The notes under the pieces: generated by a model | What the model was told of the DNA's origin: nothing | The model's database searches: none | Seen by the model: only the letters and a program-made list of their open reading frames with translations | Made by a program: the position numbers and the translations under genes | Part shown: piece by piece, positions 1 to 12,100 of the stretch | Layout of the letters: every line of letters begins with the position of its first letter | Numbering within the stretch: position 1 is the stretch's first letter | Origin: Penicillus capitatus | Lineage: Eukaryota > Plantae > Chlorophyta | DNA length: 64,000 nucleotides | Direction: 5' to 3' | Assembly: GCA_965649825.1 (NCBI GenBank) | Contig: OZ287705.1 | Span: forward strand, 892,314-956,313

Positions 1-866
1 ATGTGAGAGTTTTTGATCCGTTTCTGAAATGTCTTGTAAAAGTAAGAACATCTATTGTTGAGGGTTTTGTGCGAGAAACATTTACATCATTAGCCAGGAA
101 GTGTCGCGTAGCAGCTGAAGAGGACATTGCTTTTCAAGCGTGCTGATCACTTGGCCTGTTCACTACATGTGGATCCCGACTGCTTTCATATACATACTCA
201 TGAGTTATATCCTATAGCTAAAAGAAAACACCTCTCGAATCGAAGTCGGAAAAAGAGACAGATCCTTGTCTAAAATGAGTCAGCAGTATTCGATCCTTCA
301 GCTATCCGAATTCTGCCAGCTTCACTTCGTTACTGTACTTAAATCAGATCTCCTACCTCTTCGTCTGGTTACGAAATCGTTGGTAACACGAACGAGGGTG
401 TTCGAATACTGCAATGGGTCATGCATGCTTATTCTTAGATGCCCGCTTAAGAGAATTAACACCAATGTCTCAAAAGATGCGGCAAATCAATTACAGTTAT
501 TTGAATTTAGATGTCGACGAGAGAATCTGACTCATCTTCTATACTGCGAACTCTTCTGCGCACTTTCGCAGAGTTGCAGTAACATGTCTGCTTTCCACGT
601 TCGCGTCAACATGGTGTTACAGCATTCTGTTGTGTAGGTCACGGAAGACGGAATGCCAATCTCTGGACGAAAAATTGTCCTCAGAGTCGCTGCCCGTGTC
701 GGAAAGTGGCGGAATCCGCGTCCCAGATTTTAACATTCAAGAAAGAAATCGACCAAAGCTTTTGCGTGTTGTCGCAAAAAAGCATAACATTGTCAACACC
801 AAGACGCTTGTCGCAGCATACAACTCCACGACGGATAAGAATGAGCGAAGTGTTCTCTTTGAATGG

Positions 867-1674
867 TGTCAGTGGACAGCTGTCCACCTTCGTGCAGCTG
901 CCACGGGACGCGTCAAATGTCACATCGACGCGTATAAAGACCGAACATTACTTGTCAGAACAGTCTTTTAAGCTTTACGCCTTCGTCGTTAACCCGTCCT
1001 GACGAACACGACATGGTTTCGGAGCGACAAAGATTCCGGCGATAGAATCCCGTCATCAAAGACTGAAGACTTTCCAAGACACGACCGTGGTGACAGCGTT
1101 TTACCTACCACCTGCAGTCTGTAGTTCGTTCCATCGTCCGAGCTGCTGTGTTTCAGTTCCACCGTCCGAGTTGCTGTGTTTCAGTTCCACCGTCCGAGTT
1201 GCTGCGTTTCAGTTTCACGCTGCGATAAGCGTGCTGTTGCGCATTGTTGTGTTTACGTTCATTGTTACTTTGTCCGTGTTTACGTTTTCTATCTGGGTCA
1301 CCACGGACGTGTTGTCGCTGTGAAGTACGGTTCGAATTTCCAGAGTCGGCGCTGAAGTCTCAGAGACGTAAGAGCTACAAAGCTGCGGCGAATGGGCCGC
1401 AGAGGGAGAAGCCACGTGACGATGGCCCTGGTTCGACTCCTGGCCAGCCTGATGACATCCCGACTATCGTGAAATGTGTTCCGTATACATTATTCGGAGT
1501 CTGCACAACGGAAAGGGGGTGGGCACATGTCAGTGGACAGCTGTCCACCTTCGTGCAGCTGCCACGGGACGCGTCAAATGTCACATCGACGCGTATAAAG
1601 ACCGAACATTACTTGTCAGAACAGTCTTTTAAGCTTTACGCCTTCGTCGTTAACCCGTCCTGACGAACACGACA
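867..1674 (+). mobile_element. Non-autonomous LTR retroelement (TRIM-like), 808 bp
   Basis: Identical 147-bp TG...CA LTRs at 867-1013 and 1528-1674. PBS-like TGGTTTCGGAGC at 1014-1025, polypurine tract GGAAAGGGGGTGGG at 1510-1523, 4-bp TSD ATGG at 863-866 and 1675-1678. No gag/pol in the 514-bp interior. Confidence 0.93.
1131..1214 (+). repeat. 28-bp tandem repeat x3 inside the TRIM
   Basis: CCAYCGTCCGAGYTGCTGYGTTTCAGTT units at 1131, 1159 and 1187. Confidence 0.9.
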
Positions 1675-4600
1675 ATGGTTAAGCAAATATGGCGAAAGAA
1701 GCGAAGACTGCCTCACACCGAAGGTCGTCCTTGAGTATGCAGAATTGGCCAAAGTCTTCCATGCGTCCGAACAAGATGCGGACTTTCTGAGGGAGTTGGT
1801 GTATGCCCTCGCTTCTCGAATCCGTCCAGGCGAATTTCTTAACGAGAACGTCGCAAAGGCTCTTTTAAACGCACTCACCTGGGTGGATGCGACCGTCTAC
1901 GATGACCCCGCACAGCTGATTGTCCTTGCCAAAAAACTACTGTTTAGTTTGTCCTCAGATCTAAGACTAACGAAGCACAACTTTGCAAAATACGAAGCGA
2001 ACTTTCTCGCACTCCATCATGTCTTTCTCCTCTTGCATAGCATCGGTCGTGGATATTTGCTTGAGGAAGAGAAAAAAGAGCTCCGCCGAGTAGTTGCACA
2101 AAAGAAAGAAGAGATGAAGCTATCCATTGCGTATTATCCTGTCTTCTTCCACTTCGAGCTTATACAACAAGCTGTTGAGCGGTTAGAAATCGAAAACGCT
2201 CCTTCTCGCTCGGCGCAAGTAACAAGATATGCCGCCTCTGGACTTTATGGTGGAATGCATGTCTTCCACTTTCTCAGAAAACTGGCAGGCGGTGACATCG
2301 ATCCTACATCTGTCGAGGACGCGTATAGAAAAGGTCGAGCAGCAATTGCCAATTTGGGAGTACTGGAGCATGAGTGGTATGACATACTTCAAATTCTAAC
2401 AGCTGCAAGGCTTAGCGCGCTGAAAGAAGAGAAAAAGTGCGAACTTCTTGCACTAGCGTACAACGTGACGATTGAAGGACAACGCAAAACGAGAAGAGCG
2501 AACGACCAGAAAACCTTGAGATTTGGCATCGTCCATGAAATGCGGCTTCTGCAAGTGACAGGGACTCTAATCAAGATAGCCGCAAAGAAGCGAGGACAAA
2601 GCTAGTTGAACTGGCAACAAATCAAGCAATTTCCGAGAACTGGATTCACGATGCAGATGTCCTTACCGAGATTTTAGACTCCTTGCACATTATTCACACA
2701 ATGAATGAAGGAAACCAAGACATCGCTGAAGCTCTTCAAAAGATACAACAATCATGCGATGAATGTGCCAAAGGGACGTTAAAAATTTGGCTAGATGGAA
2801 ATGATATGGAAGAGAAGCTTCAGATGCAACGCCGTGAAGACACGAATAAACAGCAAGAAGATTTGTTCGCCAAGACAGGTGCAACCGTTGGATTTCTGCA
2901 TCCATTTACTATTAGTTCCAACATCAAAGATCTCAAGGAAACATATCTACGCGATAACTTTGCTACGGTGAGTGCATGTGGTATTGTTTCGATTAAACAG
3001 AATTCGTACGTTTGTTGAAGGTGCCTTCCTTGTTTGAATCAGAAGTGCACAGACACGTGAAAGATATGGAACATCATGTTGTTGTGTACGAGGAAATAGT
3101 CGAGAACAAAAGACTTGAAAAAAAAGGAGAAAGGAGTAAAGAAGGAGAAGGAACGGAAGTGGGAAGTTCAACGCTTCAGGAAAGAGACGATCTAAGAGAC
3201 TTCTGCGAACAAAAGAGAAAGATCGCAACGCCCATTTCCATAGAAGACTTGTTTAAACCAAGATCGTCGAAGGCGGCTGTCGGCAGGAGCGATATCCGAA
3301 GAGTGCTGCTTTACGGAAATCCTGGTTCGGGGAAGACCTGCATCTCCAAAGCTATTGCACATAGATGGGCACTGGGAGAGATGTTGCAAGAGTTCGAAGC
3401 CATCTACATGATTCCAATAAGAAGAGTAAATATCACAAAAGCCAAAGGGGTACGGGGAGAGGCGCTGAGAGAAGTAGTCGCGAGTATATGTTTCGATCGA
3501 AAAGGAAGTGATGCCGAATTTGAAGAGTTGAAGACTCAAGTCAACGATGATCTTCATATGTCTAGTACATTGCTCATGCTAGACGGATTGGACGAAGCCG
3601 ATGAAGATGCCAGAGAACTCCTTCATGAGGCGGAGATGGGCGAATGCAGACTTCTGATATTGACACGACCATACAACCTTCAAGGGCTACAAAAAAAGGT
3701 CGACTGCCAGTTTGAATGCCTTGGATTCAATGACCAGCAGCTAAGAAACTACATAAACAAAGAACTACAACAAGATGAGGCTTCGAGACTTGTTCGTTCT
3801 TTGCATCAAGACCGAGGGATGTGGGAAACCGCACACCTTCCGGTAATGGCGCACATTCTCTGTTCTTTGTCGAGAGAACACGGTATCGCCATTGAACATC
3901 AGAGAAAAAGGGCGAGCATGTTTCAGATCTACGGCGACATGGCAAATTTTGTATGGAAGAGGTTCAAGGAAAAGCCCGAAAGAGGAATGGTCAACAAGGA
4001 TATGGTCTTCGGCGATCTAGAAAAGATCGCTTTCGAGGCACTTCGGAATGGACAAATATTAATCGAAGAACGGATCGTCGAAGAACACGCAACATCCACG
4101 AACACGACAAAAATCTTTAAGGAAAGTGGATTCCTTCTATTCGTTTTGGAGGGACAACACTATCAATTTCCACATCTTACCTTTCAAGAATATTTTGCCG
4201 GGAGGTTTATTTCCAGAAGCTTAATGATTAAACAATCAAGAGAAGAAAGACAAGTACTGCAGTTCATTCAAGAAGGAAAATACGTTCAGAAGTACGACTT
4301 GTCAATACACTTCGCAGCGAACGCACTTGCAAGGTGCACTGAAGAGAATGCTTTGCATAAAATGCTCTCGATTATTAACGACCAACCCATTGAAGTTCTT
4401 GGCGTACAACACTTTTTATTAAAAATGAGAGTTCTGGAGGCAATCCTGGAAGGCACAAATCAAGAAGATCTGGAAGACTTTTTAAGCAACGAAAAAGCAA
4501 CCAAGCTCGCTGAAGGTGCTCGGCAACTCCTCGAGCGCACCATTGACGATGTTCTAATCTGTGAAATCGTAATTGGAGAGTTCCAACATTTTTCTTGCAT

Positions 4601-4809
4601 TTTGGAGAATTTTCCGCGGATTCTCAATCAAACCATTGACGAAGTAAAAAGATTGGTAGCACATTCGCAGCAGTTAACATGGATGAAGATGGCCAAGATT
4701 ACAAACGCCTTAAAGCTCGCAAAGCACTCCTCCAAGCACAGTGACGAAATGATTCAATTCGTCTTGAAGTTAGCCGACAAAGTCGATAGTTGGTGCGATC
4801 CAATGGAGG

Positions 4810-6270
4810 GCATAAGGAGACTTGAGTCCATTGCAACACACGTGCCGCAGCACGCCGGCATGATTCTGTCGATGCTTGCGAGTTGGTGCGACAACGAAGA
4901 CACAGTTGTGCGTCGAGCAGCAATAGAAGCGGTTGGCCGCGTCGTCGCGACGGCGCCACAACACGCCGGCGATGTTCTGCCAACACTTTTGAACAGGTGC
5001 AGCGACGAAAGCTGGTCAGTGTGTCCATCGGCGATGGAAACCATCGGCCGCGTCATCGCGGCAGCTCCGCAGCACGCCGGCGAGGTTCTGCCAACGCTGG
5101 CGAGGTTCTGTGGCCACGAATATCCGGACGTGCGTCAAGCAGCGATGGAAGCCATCGGCCGCGTCGTCGCGGCGGCTCCGCAGCACGCCGGCGAGCTTTT
5201 GCCGACGCTGGAGAGTTGGTGCAGCGACGAACGCGGATCAATGGTGCGTCGAGCGGCAATTGAAGCCATTGCCAACGTCGTCGCGGAGGCGCCTCAACAC
5301 GCCGGCAAGTTTCTACCGATGCTGGAGAGTTGGTGTAGCGACGAAGACTCGGTCGTGCGTTGGACGGCGATGGAAGGCATCGACCGCGTCGTCTCTGCTG
5401 CGCCTTGGCACGCCGACAAGGTTCTGCCTACGTTTTTGAGTTGGTGCAGCGACGAAGACTCAGTTATACGAACAACGGGAATTGAATCAATCGAAGACGT
5501 CGTCGCGCAGGCAACGAATTACGCCGGCGATGTTCTGCCTATATTGGCGAAGACATGCGACGACGAAGACACAGTTGTGCGTCGGGATGCGACCGAGGCC
5601 ATCGGACGGGTGGTCGCGGCAGCTCCGCAACACGCTGGCGAGCTTCTGCATGTGCTTGCGAAGAGGTGCAGTGAAGATCATCGTATCGTGCGTCGGGCGG
5701 CGATTGAGGCCGTCGGTCGTATCGCCGCTGCAGCGCCGCAGCACGCCGGTGAGATACTGCCAGCGCTTGCTAAGGGGTGTAGCGACGAAGACGAGGACGT
5801 ATATCGGGCGGCGATCGAGGCCGTCGGCCGCGTCGTCGCGGCGGCGCCGAGGCACGCCGGAGAGGTTCTGCCGATGCTTGTTAGTTGGTGTTGCGATGAA
5901 GACTCAGCCGTGCGTCAGACGGCGATCGAGGCCGTCGGTCGCGTCGTCGCGGCGGCGCCGAGGCACGCCGGAGAGGTTCTGCCGATGCTTGTTAGTTGGT
6001 GTTGCGATGAAGACTCAGTCGTGCGTCAGACGGCAATCGAGGCTGTCGGTCGCGGCGCCGAGGAGGCGCCACGACAAGCTGGCGAGGTTCTGTCAATGCT
6101 TGGCAGTTGGTGCGGCGATGAAAGCTCAGTCGTGCGTCGGGCTGCGACGGAGGCTGTTGGCCGTGTCATCGAGGTCGTGCCGCAGTATGCCGGCGAGCTC
6201 CTGCAGACGTTGGCAAAAAACTGCAGCGACAAAGAATTGAGCGTGCGCAATGCCGCAAGAACGGCGATAA
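4810..6270 (+). repeat. 111-bp coding tandem repeats (HEAT-like), ~13 units
   Basis: Units start at 5811, 5922 and 6033 (111-bp period). Units 5811-5921 and 5922-6032 are nearly identical in DNA. Confidence 0.9.
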
Positions 6271-8229
6271 AAAACGTAAAACCTGAAAAGCTTGTACATT
6301 CTTCAATATCGTTTCTACCTACTTATAAAGGGGGGATTCTATTCTTATTTGTTCAAAACTCGATCACAGTGGATCCCTTTACGAAATCTGAAGCTGTTGT
6401 TCCCCTTGTTTTACATACAACTTCTTCTCAAGAAATTGGAAAACAAGATCGGTATTGTATTGATCGATACGTTGAGTTTTTGAAACAGGAGTTCGAGGAA
6501 ACATTTCCTAGGCTGTTAAATGAGCTTGGTATGTCAGAATTGATACAACCTCCATCCAGATATTCACAAAAGCTTAAATGGTGGAAAAGATCGCGCATTT
6601 AATTTTTTGTTACATTCGTTGAGAAGTTTCAATGATGTGCCTACGTTAAGCCCTGTGAAAGCACGTAAAGTGGATATCATTATTCAGGCTACGTTTTCCA
6701 AACTTTTGACTCGTTTTGCGTGAATCAGTTCTTTAAGGCATCGCGTTTAAACTATAGTGTACTGGAGCATTTCACGACAATTGTGAAAGCGACCGATTAC
6801 AGCGTTTGCGATCCACTACTAATCCTCGAATAGCCTTACCGTCAAAAGTCTTGATGAATACACAAGTAACATTGTCCACACACTGTGAACGGCGCGAGAT
6901 GAGACAGATGGGACCGAGGGAACCAGAAGCATCCAGAACCTTCTAATACGCTTTAAATCGACGTTGATAGATTGATACACGCATTTGAGTTTTGTTGACT
7001 CTCGAACATTCCAGGCTTTGTAAAGGATTCATACACATTGCCATTTCGTGTTCAAACGTGTTTACGCGAGCTGATGGGCTACGCCAACACCGACATGCAG
7101 CACATGATGAAAAAACCTCAAAAGAACTTTTCCAACGAAAAATGCTTCGAAGTACTGGTCGACAAACAACAAAATACTAAGAAGACTAACTCAATGCACT
7201 ATGAAAACATGCATTTAAAGAAATAAGAGAAAACTGTGACCAATAAAGAGAAAAAGTGTAAAACGAAAAAACCAGTTCTAAAGAATACCAACTAATAAAA
7301 GTGCACACAAAATACGATTAAACTTTAGTAAATCTCTCAATTTGGATGCGTGCCAGACATGCAGATGTGAGTCGCCTGCCGAGCCACCGGAGACTGTTGG
7401 GTCGGCGAAGAACCACCCTGGCGTGTTGACCATCGCTCGCGACGGGTGTCCGACTCCGACCTAACTGTTAAATAACCATCGGGCGATGGATACGGACTAA
7501 GGCTTGAAGTTCGCAGCCGTTATTACTTAAGGTCAGGCAATCTCCAACCGTCGCGAGTATTTAACGGCGACAGCATCCTGTAATTAATCTCGTATTCTAT
7601 GGTGCCAAGTCCGAGCGTTCGTTGTCGTCGTGTTCGCGCGTCTTTCGACTCCGAGTTCTGGAAAGTGTTTACACTATCCCGACAGACAATGATCCAACAA
7701 ACCCCGCATGTTGTGTTTCACTGAATCATCGGATCTTGTTGTTCTTATCGTAGTTGGAATGATGAATGTATTACAAACGATGAAAAGTTGAGGTTTTTTT
7801 GTAAACGCAAGGATACTACGTTTGTCAAAAGGACAGGGCCGTTACATCGTGACTGTCTTGTTGTCCAAGGGTTCTGTCTCTGAAGGGGCGCTTACATGAG
7901 GTTTACGTCAACCCGTGGGTCCTTTCCCGCATGGTCCTTGATAGACCGGTGACTCATCTGTCATGTCACCTCTGGCATACAAATACACGAACGTAGTCCC
8001 ATGTATACCTTTTGCTCTGTATGCTTGAAGTCTTCCGCTGTGTAGTCTCTTTAGCGTGGCAATTCCGCGTGACAACAACGTTAGAACATGCGTCACCATT
8101 TAAAGTCATGATGGAACCCCATCCCTTTCAGTCCATATTCACCTTCTACAGATCTCCTCCTACGCCTTGAAAACAGATAAAGCATATAGAAACATAATTA
8201 TCAATGCTCTCGTAACTAAAAATTGATTC

Positions 8230-8980
8230 TGTTGATCTCTGGCTGGTTTGGTGGGCCTTCGTGTTCGAGTATTGGGTCGAGTTGTTGTTCCTCTTCGACT
8301 TGTTGCTCCCGAGGGCTCACAGACGGAATGTCTTCAGGGGGGGACGGTGTCAGTGAACAGCTGTCCACCTTCGTGGAGCTGCCACGAGACGCGTCGATGT
8401 GACATTTGACGCGTACAAAGTCCGAACACTAATTGCCACAACAGGCTTCTGTAACGATATGCCTTCGTCGTTAGCGCGTTTCAGCACGTAACAAACGACG
8501 AAAACACGACAACGGCCACAACGTTGACGCTCCCGTCCTCGGAACTCCGGCGCGTGTCGTACAGACCAACGTTGTGAATCACTTGCTCGGCTCCCCTCTG
8601 TAGGAGTTCTTCGAGTTCGCCTTGGCGAAACCGATTGAGAGATTCCTGAAATGTCGAGTACAGCGGGGGTATGGAATTGTTGCTCGTCGAACGAGTTGCT
8701 CGTCGTCGGCCAGAGTGATAAACGCAAGGTAAAGACGTGGATTAACGAAGCAAGTCAGGCACACTCGAAGTGTTCCTTTTTTCCCTCTTATCCTCGCATC
8801 GTGACAAGACCCTCCCACTGTAGGTGAGTCGGCAACGTAGCGGATCCACAGAAGTTTGCCTCTTCAAGATATAGTATCCCTTTTGACACGACAGGGAGTG
8901 ACCCTTGACACAATGAACCCCCGTCCAACTAGACAGTCACATCGCCCATCATTCTGTAAATCTAGTCAACAGTTTCAATA
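8230..8980 (-). repeat. Decayed copy A of an unclassified coding repeat (homologous to ~16500-16950)
   Basis: Frameshifted translation TLADDEQLVRRATIPY/PLYSTFQESLNRFRQGELEELLQRGAEQVIHNVGLYDTRRSSED matches copy B. The solo LTR is inserted into it. Confidence 0.6.
8348..8511 (+). mobile_element. Solo LTR related to the TRIM LTR
   Basis: TGTCAGTG...CACGACA, 164 bp, clearly alignable to 867-1013, flanked by 4-bp TSD ACGG (8344-8347, 8512-8515). Confidence 0.88.
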
Positions 8981-9192
8981 CACGCACGCGGTTATGCATT
9001 CCATCACCCACCGTGCCACTTGTCAACCCAAAATGCGCACCGCAAACGTGACCTTATTTCTTATTCTCGACTTTCTTCGTTTACAGTATTCAGTCCTCCT
9101 AATTAACTTATAGAAATCTTTAAAATGAGGATCCGAAAAAGCAATAATCTGGAACTGCGCCGAGCAGAAGGTCCTTGCGTCGATAATATAAG

Positions 9193-12100
9193 TTAATCCA
9201 GATCTCTTATTTCTTGATGTAGTTGCGTGAAATCGCTCCATCCATGCTCTTTTGCATCTCTGAGCTCCTCACGTCTTACCTGGATATCGACGAGGCGTCC
9301 TTCCCAGTCTGTCTCTTCCAGTTTCGATTGGAAATTTGGTACCAGAATATGAAGATAGGGATCGATCTTATCACTAAACAGTAAACACATGATACTTGAC
9401 ACGCATCGTATGACACGCACTTTATCTCTTTCTTTCTTTTTTGCGACAGGCCCATCTCCATGTCTTGAATAACGGCTGCTCTTTTCTTAAGAAAGAGTGC
9501 TTTCCCGTGGTTCTTTACACGGTTGAAACTATCGCCCATGATGGCAATCATTAGATTCAGGAGGACGGCGACAGCTGCAAGGAAGATAAACATCATGGTC
9601 AGTGCCAGCACTTGCGTTCCTTCTTCAATGTCGCTGTTGTAGATGGTATCCATAATATCACCGATGTCACTGAGCATCACTCTGAAGACCATCAAGAGAG
9701 AAGCGATTGGATTTCTGAAGCCAAGGCTTCTCTTTTCATGCAGACTGCTGTTCACAGCTTTCAGCATTTTAGCTTGTACGTTGTAGGCGCAGAAACTAGA
9801 GTTATAGTTGAATCCATCGTCGCTTCGGGATGGAAGTGCAAAGTCTTCGAATTCTCCATAGCCGCTTTGGGATGAAATGACGGATTCTTCCAGCTCTCCA
9901 TTGTCCTCTGTAGAGAGTGCTGGCATGCTGGCCGCAGAGGATGAGGACAAATCGGGTCCTATTGGATGCAATGAGTATTCACTAGTGTCCATGTCGGCCA
10001 ACAGTATGAAGAAAGCCATATCAAAGCTGACGAGAAATGCCACCAGGAAGAAGAGAAACCGACGAATGTCCTTTACAATCTCTAGGATCATAATAACCAT
10101 AGGGCCTGTCGATTTGAAGGCTTGGGCATAATACAGAAGCTTGACCCAGAGCAGCACAGATGCTGTTGCCATGAAACCGATGACCAGATGCGATTCTTCC
10201 CCGTGTCGCCAGATACTGGCCAATGGGAGAAATGCAACGACCACAATATAGGAACTGAATTCGATCCACTTCATGTAATCTGTCATGTAATAGCTGATTC
10301 CAGTATACTGACGTTCCATCCAGAGGGTGTGAAATTGCTTGAACAGACGAATGAGATTGCCCGTTCCGACGCTGACAACTAAGATCAGAGATGCGATCGA
10401 TCCATTCGTGTCGAAAAACCGACGGTTGTATCCGGTGTAATTGCAGCAGCTGGTGAAGGAGATCAGTAGAATGAGATAATGGAATAAATCTTCCAGCAGC
10501 AAACGGCGTGCGTAGGTCTGGAATTTAAAGTTGATGACGCCCATAACCAGATCCGAGCCAAAAATGCTGTGCGGTGCACGATCAAAGAGCAATGGCTGCA
10601 GAATGCCTTCTCTCGACATCTTGGCAATATTGGGATATGGCACGACCTAATACAGCACACATGACTCTGTCGCATGGCGACGGTCATCACACAATTGTCT
10701 GCGATTACCTTTGCCTCTGCCGAAATGCAGGAATTGAGTAACTTGTCTGGAAGATTCTTCATTGTCTGATGTTCTGTGTTCTTCCACATCTCTTGGATGT
10801 ATTGTTGCGAAGCGACCAGTCTTTTGTCGGTAAACACGCCGAGGTAGTCATTCTGTTTTCGCAGATATCCTTCAGAGACACTCACCACGCCAAGAGACTT
10901 GATAAATTTGCGGCTCTTGAAGAGATACAACACCAATGCCGGATATTTATAAGACAATCGGATCAAGGAACTCTCCATAATCATTGCGAACGCAGTATCT
11001 GTCGTCGCACCATCCATCAGGGCTTGAAGCAGAACCTAAAACATCGACATCGAAACAACAGACCCGACCTGAGTGCCATCTCACTTCAAGGACGTCGGGG
11101 GAACGAATGTCGACTGCCAAATCGATGATATTGGGCGTTGGGTCCTCTGCGACACTGCTGAGGGTGTGTTTAGTGATGGAACCCCGAAAGGCAAGTTTAA
11201 CCTTGAACTCCAGAGCCCATGCGATCAAGTGCTTCAGCATCTCTGTCCTCTTCTGATTCACACAGGCCGTGACAAGTGTCATACCATGCTCGTAGGGGTG
11301 ATTCAGCAACGATGGTCCATACTCGTTCAGTTTGGCATAGATAAATTCTCGACTGGGACAACAGGGACCGTCCAGAAGAGCCCTTCTTTGTTGAATGACG
11401 CTCTTGTAAGTAAAATGTGTTCCCCAGACGACGAGTTGGTTCTTGTTGTTAAGCGCTGCGCACTTGCAGGTTTCCGGCGACAGCGCGGTGAACTTCTTGT
11501 CTTCCAATTTAAAGGGCAATCGCATTTGTTTCGATGTGCGCTCGCCTCTCACATGCACGATCTTCCACGTCTGCTGTCTCTTTATCGTGTCGTTGCCACA
11601 TCTCGCGTCGGTGTTCGGAGGATCTTCTCTGAAGTCGATTTCTGGGTAGTCACTGGATGGCTGAGGATCATCGTTGATGCACTGGTCGAATACTGGCACG
11701 CGTCCCTGCTTCATAAACATATCATCGGTGTTCTCATCCACCATTCCCGACATGAGAATCCACTCACTATCCGCCGAGAAGATAAAGGTCTCGGGATACC
11801 AGATCGAATCGAGATTCAGATCTTCTAACGTTGTCTGCGGATGAGCAGTGATTGGCTGTCCCTCCTTCGTGAAGCCGACGATGCAGTAATCTCCTCTCGG
11901 TGCCAGCAGAGGATAGAATCCGCTTCCAGGTGCTTGGAAGATCGGGATCTTGTAGTCTAGTGTACGGATCTCTCTTCGGTACATGACATCCCAGATTCTG
12001 ACGTGATGCATATTGGTCATGAGCACGGCAATCTTGCCGTCTTCTGAAAATCTGCAGCTTCTGTTGCTCCGCGTTTCTTTCCGATCCACGATCATCGCAC

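Larger units (their letters stand above)
511..6602 (+). pseudogene. NLR-like STAND NTPase: unknown helical N-terminal region + NACHT + ~13 HEAT-like 37-aa repeats; interrupted allele
   Basis: Reconstructed ATG at 511, intron 579-637, frame continuing across the TRIM (LFEW|LSKYGERSEDC... into ORF 1745), frame break near 2550, intron 2968-3020. ORF 3012-6602 has Walker A GNPGSGKT, Walker B LLMLDGLDE, LLILTRP, winged-helix FPHLTFQEYFAG and repeats AIEAVGRVVAAAPxHAGEVLPxLxxWCxDEDxxVRx. Confidence 0.85.

Noticed and set aside
1-130. Possible start of a minus-strand gene leaving the window (MSSSAATRHF...)
   Set aside because: Too short to support.
1131-1214. CRISPR-like array (also 36934-37022)
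   Set aside because: Head-to-tail repeats with no unique spacers, eukaryotic context, no cas genes.
706-1663. ORFs sharing the peptide VSGQLSTFVQLPRD...
   Set aside because: They are translations of the two identical LTRs, not a duplicated gene.
511-3020. RHIM-like trigger motif at the NLR N-terminus to pair with the 37-kb protein
   Set aside because: No comparable hydrophobic-x5-I-x-(I/F)-G motif found in the reconstructed N-terminal region.
4699-6250. Arg-rich alternative-frame and antisense ORFs over the HEAT repeats
   Set aside because: Shadows of a GC-rich repetitive CDS.
7380-7900. Possible structured RNA, ribozyme or element terminus
   Set aside because: No tRNA, hammerhead core, TIR or poly(A) tail could be recognised by eye.
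8341-8347. G-run before the 8348 LTR read as a PPT, implying a full element upstream
   Set aside because: The ACGG duplication on both sides marks a solo LTR; the G-run belongs to the relic it inserted into.
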